Shown here piece after piece: positions 46,469 to 55,616 of a stretch of 64,000 nt of DNA; within the stretch, counting starts at the first letter, position 1, and each line of letters opens with the position of its first letter. The notes under the pieces were generated by a model. It was not told the origin of the DNA, made no database searches, and saw only the letters and a program-made list of their open reading frames with translations. The stretch comes from Candidatus Latescibacterota bacterium (GTDB lineage: Bacteria; Latescibacterota; UBA2968): assembly GCA_965116885.1 (NCBI GenBank), contig OZ220741.1, positions 576,001-640,000 on the forward strand, read 5' to 3'. A program made the position numbers and the translations under genes.

Positions 46469-47203
46469 ATGAGACTTGAAAACAAAAACATCGTCGTAAC
46501 GGGCGGTGCATCGGGCATAGGACAGGCGGCAGCGCGATGCTGTGCCCGGGAGGGCGCACGCGTAGCCGTAGTAGATCTGGACGGAGCGGGCGTGGAACGC
46601 ACCGTTCGAGAAATCGAAAACGCGGGAGGCAATGCAGCGGGATATCACGCAGACATAAAAGAAGAAACTCAGGTACGCGCGCTCTTTGAAAACATCGGCA
46701 ACGCCTTCGGGCATATCGATGGCTTAATCAACGCCGCTGGCATCCTCGAAGGCGCGCTCGTCCCGATCGATGAATTTGATGAATTCACCTGGGACAGAGT
46801 CATAGACATCAATCTAAAAGGAAGCTTTCTCGTCTCAAAATACACCGTGCCACTAATGGAAAAAGCCGGCAAAGGCGTCATCGTACTCATCGCCTCTGGC
46901 GCGGGCGTCAAAGGTGGCAGTTCATCCGTCGCCTATGGCTCCAGCAAAGGCGGCGCCCACGGCCTCTCCCTCGTATTGGCAGCCCAACTGTCCAACCGCA
47001 ACATCCGCGTCCACGGCGTATGTCCGGGCGGTATTGAAACACCACTCAAAATGCGCGTCGTACAAAAACAAGCCGACGTTTCAGGGCGCGACGTCTCAAA
47101 AATGGCAGCCGGACTCGGCGACCCCGAAGGCGTGGGCAAAATACTATCCTTCCTCGTATCTGACGAAGCCGATTATCTTCGCGGCAGCATCTTCACGCGA
47201 TAG
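46469..47203 (+). CDS. SDR family oxidoreductase
   Basis: TGGASGIG, NAAG, YGSSK. Confidence 0.9.
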   Translation: MRLENKNIVVTGGASGIGQAAARCCAREGARVAVVDLDGAGVERTVREIENAGGNAAGYHADIKEETQVRALFENIGNAFGHIDGLINAAGILEGALVPIDEFDEFTWDRVIDINLKGSFLVSKYTVPLMEKAGKGVIVLIASGAGVKGGSSSVAYGSSKGGAHGLSLVLAAQLSNRNIRVHGVCPGGIETPLKMRVVQKQADVSGRDVSKMAAGLGDPEGVGKILSFLVSDEADYLRGSIFTR

Positions 47204-47214
47204 GAGACCAGACC

Positions 47215-48111
47215 ATGCGCTTAGGTATTGTTGGCCTTTTACCCCGAGATTTTCGCACCCTGCAATCGCCACATCTTCAGACCGTCCAGAACCTCGGATT
47301 CACAGGCGGAGCCTTTCACTTCCCCGCAGAACTCTGCGAAGAAATCACAACCGCCGACACGGACCGGTGTCGCGCACTTTTTGCCGAACACAACCTGGAC
47401 CTCGCACAATTCTCCATCACATATCCCGAATGCCTCTTTGATCCCGACCCCGAAATCCGAACCGCAATCATCCGCAAAATCAAAAAAGGCACAGAAATCG
47501 CCGCGGGCCTATCTGCACAAACCTATCTCCTGCGCCCGGGCAGCCGCAACCCCTCTGGAAGCTGGACGCCCCATCGCCACAATCACACGCCAGAAGCATG
47601 GGATCGCCTCATTGAAACCCTGCGAGAAATCACCCCCACCCTCGAACAACACGGCGTCACAGTCGTCATGGAAACCCACCTCGTCTCCATCCTCAAAAAC
47701 CCGGAAACCTGCCGCCAAATGGTCGAAAGCGTCGGATCGCCCAACCTGCGCCTGGTCATGGACTACGTCAACCACTTTGAAACCTTAAGCCAGGTCTATG
47801 CCAGCACTGACCGCCTGGACCACATCTTTTCCCAAATGGGCGCTTATTCCCCGGTCATGCACATCAAAGACATCGCCATTGGCAAAGGGCTTGTGGTCCA
47901 CCTCGACGAAACCGTACCCGGCAACGGCGAACTCGACCTCGCCCACTGCTTCCGGCATTTCCAGAACCACCACCCCAACAACTACGGCCTCATCGAACAC
48001 CTCAAACCCGACCTCATACCCGAAGCCGCAGCCAACACCCACGCCATCGCCACCCGCGCCGGTGTTCCGATAGACGAACAAACGAAAAAATATGACCCCT
48101 TCCCGCGTTAA
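47215..48111 (+). CDS. sugar phosphate isomerase/epimerase (TIM barrel)
   Basis: METH, MDYVN, HIKD, PGNGELD, IEH. Confidence 0.85.
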   Translation: MRLGIVGLLPRDFRTLQSPHLQTVQNLGFTGGAFHFPAELCEEITTADTDRCRALFAEHNLDLAQFSITYPECLFDPDPEIRTAIIRKIKKGTEIAAGLSAQTYLLRPGSRNPSGSWTPHRHNHTPEAWDRLIETLREITPTLEQHGVTVVMETHLVSILKNPETCRQMVESVGSPNLRLVMDYVNHFETLSQVYASTDRLDHIFSQMGAYSPVMHIKDIAIGKGLVVHLDETVPGNGELDLAHCFRHFQNHHPNNYGLIEHLKPDLIPEAAANTHAIATRAGVPIDEQTKKYDPFPR

Positions 48112-49246
48112 AATTTTCCCTCACGCACTCGGCACTGTTAGTGTGCTGAGCCTCCTGCTTTTGATTTCTCCGCGACCTCTTTTTTCCCAGAATAGTAGCC
48201 CAGCTTCTTCGGACTTTAGCGGCAATGGGGTTGTGGATATTCCCGACTTTTTGCTCTTTGTCGATGTGTTCGGGTCAAAGGAAGGCCAGGAGAAGTATGA
48301 TGCAAAATACGATCTGGATGGGAATGGCGAGATAGGGATTCCCGATTTTCTGATCTTTGTCGATAACTTTGGCCAAACAGTGACCCGCGAACCGACTGCT
48401 CCCGTATTGGTCGCAGATAACTTTATGGAAACCGTGCGAGGCGATAATGGCGTCAACGTTTCGGTTGTTGACGCGCAAGGATTCGCGGCTGGCACACATG
48501 GACAACGGGTTACCGACATCTTTCTAACAAATACCAATCGGGCGCGACTCGTACAAATAGATGGTTGGGGTACCTATCGAATCAATGACCTGACCCTGTT
48601 TGGAATTAATTCGACCGGCTACATCAGGCATGTATTGGAACATGATGGAGGCATTTTCTGGACCGCCAGCGATCAGTCGCCTTCGTATAAGTCAAATAAT
48701 ACCAGTCAGTGGTTCATTGAAAACAATCGACCATTCACTTATAAAGCTAGAGCATTCGCAACTTGGATGCAGCACCAGAATACCCTTTTTATTTCGTCCT
48801 TAGAAAACCCCACCGTTAAGAATCGTTCCCCTGTTTACTGTGACGACTACGACCAAGATGCAGAGTCTTGGGTCCCTCTTTGCGGAGCGCTTGATGACTA
48901 TATCGCCCATTCGGGCACAGGATTGGCAAACACGGTTTTTGTCGGTGCCATTGACACAAGATCAAGATTTGATGATCGAGCTCTGGGTGCTATTCGCGCC
49001 GATGGCGTCTTCGCGCCGCACGCCATTTATGTCGAATCTCCAAATGGCTCAACTTCCCAAGCCACGCCGGTTCTGGCCGCCTATGCCACCAACCTCGCTT
49101 ATGCCAATCCCACCTGGGGTGCGGCAAGGCTCAAGCAGGAACTGATGAAACTCGCCCGCGATGAGACCATTAAATATTATAATGGGATCACCGAGACGCG
49201 TACCATCAAATCCATTCGCCCTGCATTTGCGCCAGGGGGCAATTAG
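48092..49246 (+). CDS. secreted EF-hand/dockerin-like domain protein with a subtilase-like region
   Basis: Signal peptide; DFSGNGVVDIPDFL and DLDGNGEIGIPDFL; VSVVD, THG, GSTSQATP. Confidence 0.65.
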   Translation: MTPSRVKIFPHALGTVSVLSLLLLISPRPLFSQNSSPASSDFSGNGVVDIPDFLLFVDVFGSKEGQEKYDAKYDLDGNGEIGIPDFLIFVDNFGQTVTREPTAPVLVADNFMETVRGDNGVNVSVVDAQGFAAGTHGQRVTDIFLTNTNRARLVQIDGWGTYRINDLTLFGINSTGYIRHVLEHDGGIFWTASDQSPSYKSNNTSQWFIENNRPFTYKARAFATWMQHQNTLFISSLENPTVKNRSPVYCDDYDQDAESWVPLCGALDDYIAHSGTGLANTVFVGAIDTRSRFDDRALGAIRADGVFAPHAIYVESPNGSTSQATPVLAAYATNLAYANPTWGAARLKQELMKLARDETIKYYNGITETRTIKSIRPAFAPGGN

Positions 49247-49447
49247 ATACAATGACGTTGTTGTACACCATTCAATTCGGAGAAATCCAGCGCTTTTTCC
49301 ACTCCCGCATAACGTGAAAATGCTGTTGTACCTTGCTATAGCGGCGCAAAATCTCGATCAACTTCAACCGCAAAACATACTTTTCCTGTTCCATAACGCC
49401 TCTCCCCCTTGTGATAGCTGAGCGATTGCCCATTCTCCCAGCCCCCT

Positions 49448-49480
49448 CTGGATCGCGGCTCAACACCCTGCCGCGATGAC
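49448..49480 (+). repeat. palindromic repeat family B, copy 3
   Basis: CTGGATCGCGGC-tcaacaccct-GCCGCGATGAC. Confidence 0.85.
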
Positions 49481-49508
49481 GGGTTTCATTCTTTTCACTT
49501 CACACTTC

Positions 49509-50909
49509 CTACTTCACACTTCTATCTCCTTCCCGATACCGATTCAAAATCCCCAACAATTCCTCTACAACCTCTTGCTTCTCACTGAATAAATTATTCT
49601 GCTCCTCCGGATCGGAAGCCATATCGTAAAGCTGCATCGGCGGTGCATCTTCTGGCACATCTGCCTCTCTCAAACTCCAGCCACCCGAACCGCGACAAGT
49701 CACCAACTTCCACTGATCTTTACGAATCGCAAACTCCCCGCTAATCGAATGATGCACCGTCGCCTCCCGAATCGTATCCTCCTGATCGCCCTGCATATAC
49801 GGCAAAATATCATAACTATCCTCCCCCGCATCCCTCGGCAAATCCACATCGCAAATCCCGGCTACCGTCGCCAGCAAATCCGTCAAACACACCGTCTTAT
49901 CACAACGCGACCCCGGTTCAATCACCCCCGGCCACGAAGCGATAAACGGAATGCGATGCCCGCCATCCCACGCATCGGACTTCTGCCCCCGATAAATATA
50001 ATTCCCCAAATGATCGTACTTCTTCTTCAACCCTATCGGCTCTTCGTGACAGCCATTATCACTCGTCACAATAATCAGCGTATCATCCGCCAACCCATTG
50101 CGCTTCACCGCCGACAAAATGCGCCCAACACTCCAATCGTGCTCCGTCACATAATCCCCGTATTCCCCAGCCTGACTTCGCCCTGCAAATCTCCCCCGTG
50201 CAAAATGCGGCGTATGCGGCGACGGCGCGGGAAAATACAAAAAGAACGGCTTATCCCCATTCTCCTTCGCGTGCTGATTGATAAACCCCTCGGCGCGAAT
50301 CGTCAACTCCAGCAAACACGTATCATGCATAAACCCGGGCGCACACGCACCCCCGCGCCAAAATTCTGGCCTCGGCGAATCCGCAGTCTCCTCAAGCGGC
50401 TGCTCCACCACCACCCCATCTTCAATATAACAATACGGAGCCATATCCAGCGACGCCGGAATAATAAACGAATAATCAAAACCCACCGTATGGGGACCAT
50501 CTGACAACGGCGCAGAAAAAACCACCGACTCCCCATTCGCCCGCTCCGCCCCATCACTCACCTGCCAGCCCAACCCCAAATGCCACTTGCCCACACAAGC
50601 CGTCGTATAACCCTCATCGCGCAAAAGCGATGGCACAGTCATCCGCCCCTCTTCAATCAACGGCTCAGAATACCCATTCAAAACCCCGCGCTTCAACCGC
50701 GAGCGCCAGCAATAGCGCCCCGTCATCACCCCATACCGCGTGGGCGTACACACCGCAGAATTGCTATGTGCATCCGCAAAAATCATCCCCTCAGACGCGA
50801 GTTGATCCGTATGCGGCGTAGGAATCTTCGAATCGGGATTCAAACAACTCACATCTCCGTATCCCCAATCATCTGCCAAAAGGTAGATAATATTTGGCTT
50901 GCGCATCAT
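49509..50909 (-). CDS. arylsulfatase (S1 family, Cys-type)
   Basis: PNIIYLLADD, CTPTR, GKWHLG, SDNG, GHRIPF. Confidence 0.95.
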   Translation of the reverse strand: MMRKPNIIYLLADDWGYGDVSCLNPDSKIPTPHTDQLASEGMIFADAHSNSAVCTPTRYGVMTGRYCWRSRLKRGVLNGYSEPLIEEGRMTVPSLLRDEGYTTACVGKWHLGLGWQVSDGAERANGESVVFSAPLSDGPHTVGFDYSFIIPASLDMAPYCYIEDGVVVEQPLEETADSPRPEFWRGGACAPGFMHDTCLLELTIRAEGFINQHAKENGDKPFFLYFPAPSPHTPHFARGRFAGRSQAGEYGDYVTEHDWSVGRILSAVKRNGLADDTLIIVTSDNGCHEEPIGLKKKYDHLGNYIYRGQKSDAWDGGHRIPFIASWPGVIEPGSRCDKTVCLTDLLATVAGICDVDLPRDAGEDSYDILPYMQGDQEDTIREATVHHSISGEFAIRKDQWKLVTCRGSGGWSLREADVPEDAPPMQLYDMASDPEEQNNLFSEKQEVVEELLGILNRYREGDRSVK

Positions 50910-50988
50910 ACAAACTCCCTTCATTATATCTATTCAAAAGCTACAAAAATCATGATCATCAACCACTATAATACACCCATCCAATACC

Positions 50989-52026
50989 ATGACACAACCT
51001 CATTTTCTCCAAACACTCCAGCGCTCCAAATCCAACCCCCTCTTAACCATTGACGACATCACCTGGGACTACAAAAAAAGGCGATCCATCATGTTTCCCA
51101 GCGTCATCGACATGAGTGACAAACTGGACAACCCCATTGATCGCTACTACATGTATCTCGCCTCACACGGCGGCAGAGAAATCGGCTTTGCAACCGCGCC
51201 AACGCTCGAAGGCCCCTGGACAATGCAAAAAGAAGCCGTCCTCCACCTCGACAATTGCCCCGCCGTCAAGGGCCACCTCAGCTCGCCCGAAATCATTTAT
51301 TACAACAACCGCTTCATCCTCTACTACCACGGCGGCTGTCCGCCAGAAGTCCTCGAAGAACAAAACCGCCGAATGCCCACCCACTATTATCAACGCATTC
51401 AAAACTCAGGCGCAGCCACCTCAACCGATGGCATCCACTTTGATGTACATCCCAACAACCTCCTCTTGCCCATCACCACACCCGATCATTGGCGTGTGGC
51501 CACCAACATGTATCTGCGCGTCGTGCCCACAGAAAACGGATGCCACGGCTTCTTCATGACCATGAGCCGCGAAGAAGCGGATTACAATAATGAAACCAAA
51601 AAACTACCCAAAGAACAACGGAGAGGTCGCCCCCATCCCACAAGCATCGGCCATGCCTATTCACCCGACGGATTAGATTGGACCCTCGACGAAACCGGTG
51701 CCATCCTCACCGCCGAAGAAATATATGGAGAACACCAGCGCATTCGCCACATTGGATGCACGCTCATCGACGACACACACATCCTGGCGACCTATTCTTG
51801 CTTTGCCAACATCAATGCAACCTTTGAAAGCATCTTCGCTGCCACATTACAAATCAACGGCCCTGCGGCACGCCTTGTTCAAAAACACGGTACAATCTTA
51901 ACACCTCAAGGAGAATGGGAAAAGCGAAATGTGCGCGACCCCTTTCCCATATTTCACGATAAAAAACTCTATCTCTATTACGCCGGTGGTGGAGAAAAAG
52001 GCATTGGACTGGCCATCAGCGCGTAA
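50989..52026 (+). CDS. five-bladed beta-propeller glycosidase-like protein
   Basis: YYMY, EGPW, SSPE, STDGIHF, SPDGLDW, RDP, LYYAG; exact GH family unclear. Confidence 0.6.
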   Translation: MTQPHFLQTLQRSKSNPLLTIDDITWDYKKRRSIMFPSVIDMSDKLDNPIDRYYMYLASHGGREIGFATAPTLEGPWTMQKEAVLHLDNCPAVKGHLSSPEIIYYNNRFILYYHGGCPPEVLEEQNRRMPTHYYQRIQNSGAATSTDGIHFDVHPNNLLLPITTPDHWRVATNMYLRVVPTENGCHGFFMTMSREEADYNNETKKLPKEQRRGRPHPTSIGHAYSPDGLDWTLDETGAILTAEEIYGEHQRIRHIGCTLIDDTHILATYSCFANINATFESIFAATLQINGPAARLVQKHGTILTPQGEWEKRNVRDPFPIFHDKKLYLYYAGGGEKGIGLAISA

Positions 52027-52077
52027 TTGAACTCAAAAACATCATTTCTTTTCTTGATTGTATAACACGAGGTATTC

Positions 52078-53523
52078 ATGCCCAACAAACCAAACATCCT
52101 CTGGATCTGCACCGACCAGCAGCGCTTTGACACCCTCGGCTGTTATGGCAACCCATTCGTACACACCCCCAACCTGGACCGCCTTGCCGAACAAAGCATC
52201 CTCTTTGAAACCGCCTTCTCACAAAGCCCCGTCTGCACGCCCAGCCGATCCAGCTTCCTCACCGGACGCTATCCGCGCACCACGCGCTGCCGGCAAAACG
52301 GACAATCCATACCCGGCGATGAAATCCCCGTCACCAAACTGCTTCACGACGCCGGATACGTATGTGGCCTATCCGGCAAACTCCACCTCTCGGTCTGCAA
52401 CCCCAGCGCGTGTCACGGCACAGAACGCCGCATAGACGACGGCTATGACCAGTTCTTCTGGTCGCACGATCCCGCCCCCAGATGGCCCACCAACGACTAT
52501 CACCAGTGGTTGCGCGACAAGAGCCTGAAGCGCGACGTCCAGCCCTTCCCGGATTCTCAATACGTACAGACACTCCCCTCTGAAGAACACAGCCAGACCA
52601 CCTATTGCATCCAGCGCGCCATCACCTTCATCCGCCGATGCGCTGAAGAAAACATGCCCTGGACCTTCTCTCTCAACCCCTTTGACCCCCATCACGCCTT
52701 TGATCCCCCGCGCGAAGACCTCGAACGCTACCGCGATATAATCGACGACATCCCCTTGCCCAACTACACCGAAGGCGAACTCGACGACAAACCCATCTGG
52801 CAACGCATCGATCACAGCGGCTCTTACGGCGGCAAAGGCATGTATGCCTACGACCAGATGACAGACACCGATCACCGCTGGATCACTGCGGCGTACTGGG
52901 CCATGGTCGATGTCATCGACCGGCAGATCGGCCACCTGCTCGACTGCCTCGAAGAAACCGGTCAACGCGACAACACCTATATCATCTTCACCTCTGACCA
53001 CGGCGAAATGCTCGGCGACCACGGCATCTACCTCAAAGGACCCTTCTTCTACGAACCCGCTGTGCGCGTCCCCCTCCTCATCTCAGGACCCGGCCTTCGC
53101 AACGACGGCTCGCGATCATCCGCACTCGTCGAACTCGTTGACCTCGCACCCACCATCCTCGAATGGGTCGGCCTCGACCGCCATCCCGCCATGCAGGGCC
53201 GCACGCTCCAACCCCTCCTGAAAGGCGACGCGCCCCTCAACCAGCACCGCGACGACATCTACTGCGAATATTACAACGCCATGCAGGGCCACAAAAATCC
53301 GCCCGCCCATGCCACCATGGTACGCACCGACCGCTACAAACTCGTCGCCGCACACGGCACTGGCGGTGGCGAACTCTACGACCTCGAAACCGACCCCACT
53401 GAAACGCACAACCAGTGGAACAACCCCGACTACACCACCGTAAGACTCGACCTCATGACCCGCCTTGCCGACCGCATGGCCTGGACCGTAGATCCTCTAC
53501 CTCCAAGAGAAGCCGGATTTTAG
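52078..53523 (+). CDS. sulfatase (S1 family, Cys-type)
   Basis: PNILWICTDQQR, CTPSR, GKLH, DPH, SDHG. Confidence 0.95.
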   Translation: MPNKPNILWICTDQQRFDTLGCYGNPFVHTPNLDRLAEQSILFETAFSQSPVCTPSRSSFLTGRYPRTTRCRQNGQSIPGDEIPVTKLLHDAGYVCGLSGKLHLSVCNPSACHGTERRIDDGYDQFFWSHDPAPRWPTNDYHQWLRDKSLKRDVQPFPDSQYVQTLPSEEHSQTTYCIQRAITFIRRCAEENMPWTFSLNPFDPHHAFDPPREDLERYRDIIDDIPLPNYTEGELDDKPIWQRIDHSGSYGGKGMYAYDQMTDTDHRWITAAYWAMVDVIDRQIGHLLDCLEETGQRDNTYIIFTSDHGEMLGDHGIYLKGPFFYEPAVRVPLLISGPGLRNDGSRSSALVELVDLAPTILEWVGLDRHPAMQGRTLQPLLKGDAPLNQHRDDIYCEYYNAMQGHKNPPAHATMVRTDRYKLVAAHGTGGGELYDLETDPTETHNQWNNPDYTTVRLDLMTRLADRMAWTVDPLPPREAGF

Positions 53524-53533
53524 GGAGCAATCA

Positions 53534-53598
53534 GTAGGGGACGGCCCCTGTGCCGTCCCGAACGACAGCAACGGGCGACCACAGGGGGTCGCCCCTAC
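53534..53598. repeat. REPIN-like inverted REP doublet
   Basis: GTAGGGGACGGCCCCTGTGCCGTCCCG ... CGGGCGACCACAGGGGGTCGCCCCTAC (GTAG/CTAC ends). Confidence 0.8.
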
Positions 53599-53640
53599 CC
53601 ACAACCACATGAATACCACCGATTAATTCAGGAGCATTTC

Positions 53641-55425
53641 ATGCCCGAAACACAGCCGCGCCCCGAACACCCCCGTCCGCAATTTCAGCGCACCACCTGG
53701 CTAAACCTCAACGGCACCTATAACTTCGCCATAGACTCTGGAAAATCCGGCGAAGCCAAAGGCTGGCCCCAAAATCCCGCTGAATTAGACCGCACCATCA
53801 CCGTCCCCTTCTGCCCGGAATCCAGCCTCTCGGGCATTCAACACACGGACTTCATGCCCTCGGTCTGGTATCACAGAACCCTCGACATCCCCGACGAATG
53901 GACGGACAAGCGCGTACTCCTGCACTTCGGCGCGGTCGATTACCACTGCAAAGCCTGGGTCAACGGTCAGCTCATCGGACAGCATTACGGCGGCAGTTCA
54001 TCCTTCACTTATGACATCACAGACGCACTCACGTCTGGCGCGAACCACCTCGTCGTCTGCGCCAATGACGACACGCGCTCAGGCGACCAGCCCTCGGGCA
54101 AACAATGCCCCGACCTCTATTCCCGCGGCTGCCACTACACGCGCGTCACGGGAATCTGGCAAACCGTCTGGCTCGAAGCCGTACCCGAATCGCGCATCGA
54201 AACGGTGCGCATCGTACCCGACCTCGACAGCAGCCGCTTTGTACTCACCCCCACATTCAAAAACGCGCATCGCGGACACACCTTCCGCGCCGTCCTCCTC
54301 AACGGCAAAGAAGAAGTCGCAGTCTCCACCATGCCCGCCACGAGCGGCGCTGCCATGTCCTTGCGCATCAAAAACCCGCAACCCTGGTCGCCAGACAACC
54401 CCCACCTCTACGACCTCCGCTTTGAACTCTGCGATGGCGACACCACCATCGACACCGTCAACAGCTATGCCGGCCTGCGAAAATTTCACATCGAAGGCCA
54501 CAAATTCTACCTCAACAACACCCCCATCTTCCTGCGCCTTGTACTGGACCAGGGATTCTATCCCGACGGAATATGGACCGCTCCATCCGACGACATGCTC
54601 AAAGGCGACATCGAAAAATCGCTCGCCGTCGGCTTCAACGGCGCGCGCCTGCACCAGAAAGTATTCGAAGAACGCTTTCACTACTGGGCCGACAAACTCG
54701 GATACCTCACCTGGGGCGAATACTGCGACTGGGGCATGAACTTCGGCTCACCCCAATCAATACACAACCAGCAACGCGAATGGCGAGAAATCGTCCAGCG
54801 CGACCTCAACCACCCCTCTATCCTCGCCTGGACCCCATACAACGAAACCCGGGGCGGCGCGACCAACCACTTTGAAGCGCATCGCCGTGCCGTACAGGAA
54901 ACCTACGACCTCACCAGAGCACTCGACCCCTCTCGCCCCTGCCACGACACCAGCGGCTACGTACACGTCTGCACGGACATCTACACCGTACACGACTACG
55001 AACAGGACCCCGTCAAATTCAAATCAACTTATGCACCCGTATCCCCCGAAGACTGGGAAAACACCCCCATACGCTTCCCCGAATTGAATGTGCCCTATCA
55101 GGGCCAACCCTACGTCGTCGATGAATACGGCGGCACATGGTGGGATCCCAATGCCGTCGAAACAGAACAGGACGCAGACCGCAAAAGCAGCTGGGGCTAT
55201 GGCAAGCGCCCCACCGACATTGAAGAAGTGTATCACCGCATCGAAAAACTCACAGCCATACTCCTCAACCACCCCAACATCGCGGGGTATTGCTACACCC
55301 AACTCACCGACATCGAACAAGAACAAAACGGCATCTACACCTACGACCGCCGGGAAAAATTCGACGCAAAACGCCTGAAAAAATATTTCGGCGCCCCCGC
55401 GGCGATTGAACGAATAGACGAATAG
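53641..55425 (+). CDS. glycoside hydrolase family 2 (beta-galactosidase/glucuronidase-like)
   Basis: HPRPQF, VPFCPES, LHFGAVD, GIWQTVWLE, LDQG, NET, DEYGG, YTQLTDIEQEQNG. Confidence 0.92.
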   Translation: MPETQPRPEHPRPQFQRTTWLNLNGTYNFAIDSGKSGEAKGWPQNPAELDRTITVPFCPESSLSGIQHTDFMPSVWYHRTLDIPDEWTDKRVLLHFGAVDYHCKAWVNGQLIGQHYGGSSSFTYDITDALTSGANHLVVCANDDTRSGDQPSGKQCPDLYSRGCHYTRVTGIWQTVWLEAVPESRIETVRIVPDLDSSRFVLTPTFKNAHRGHTFRAVLLNGKEEVAVSTMPATSGAAMSLRIKNPQPWSPDNPHLYDLRFELCDGDTTIDTVNSYAGLRKFHIEGHKFYLNNTPIFLRLVLDQGFYPDGIWTAPSDDMLKGDIEKSLAVGFNGARLHQKVFEERFHYWADKLGYLTWGEYCDWGMNFGSPQSIHNQQREWREIVQRDLNHPSILAWTPYNETRGGATNHFEAHRRAVQETYDLTRALDPSRPCHDTSGYVHVCTDIYTVHDYEQDPVKFKSTYAPVSPEDWENTPIRFPELNVPYQGQPYVVDEYGGTWWDPNAVETEQDADRKSSWGYGKRPTDIEEVYHRIEKLTAILLNHPNIAGYCYTQLTDIEQEQNGIYTYDRREKFDAKRLKKYFGAPAAIERIDE

Positions 55426-55600
55426 ACGAATAGACGAACCCCGCCCCACCACCCAACGGGCGGGCACAGGGGCACCGCCCCTACATTGATGAATTGTCCC
55501 GAACCAGTTGTACCCCGTTCCGTTGATTCGCTGATGAACTGGCCTGAGAGGCGGCCAGTTGTACCCCGGTCCGTTGATTCGCCGATTCGCTGATTCGCGC
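55411..55600 (+). repeat. composite REP-like repeat family A, copy 3 (longest; supplies the GH2 stop codon)
   Basis: (GAATAGAC)3 + REP + two GATGAA..CCAGTTGTACCCCG units + (GATTCGCY)n. Confidence 0.85.
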
Positions 55601-55616
55601 TTTTACAGGAGACCCC

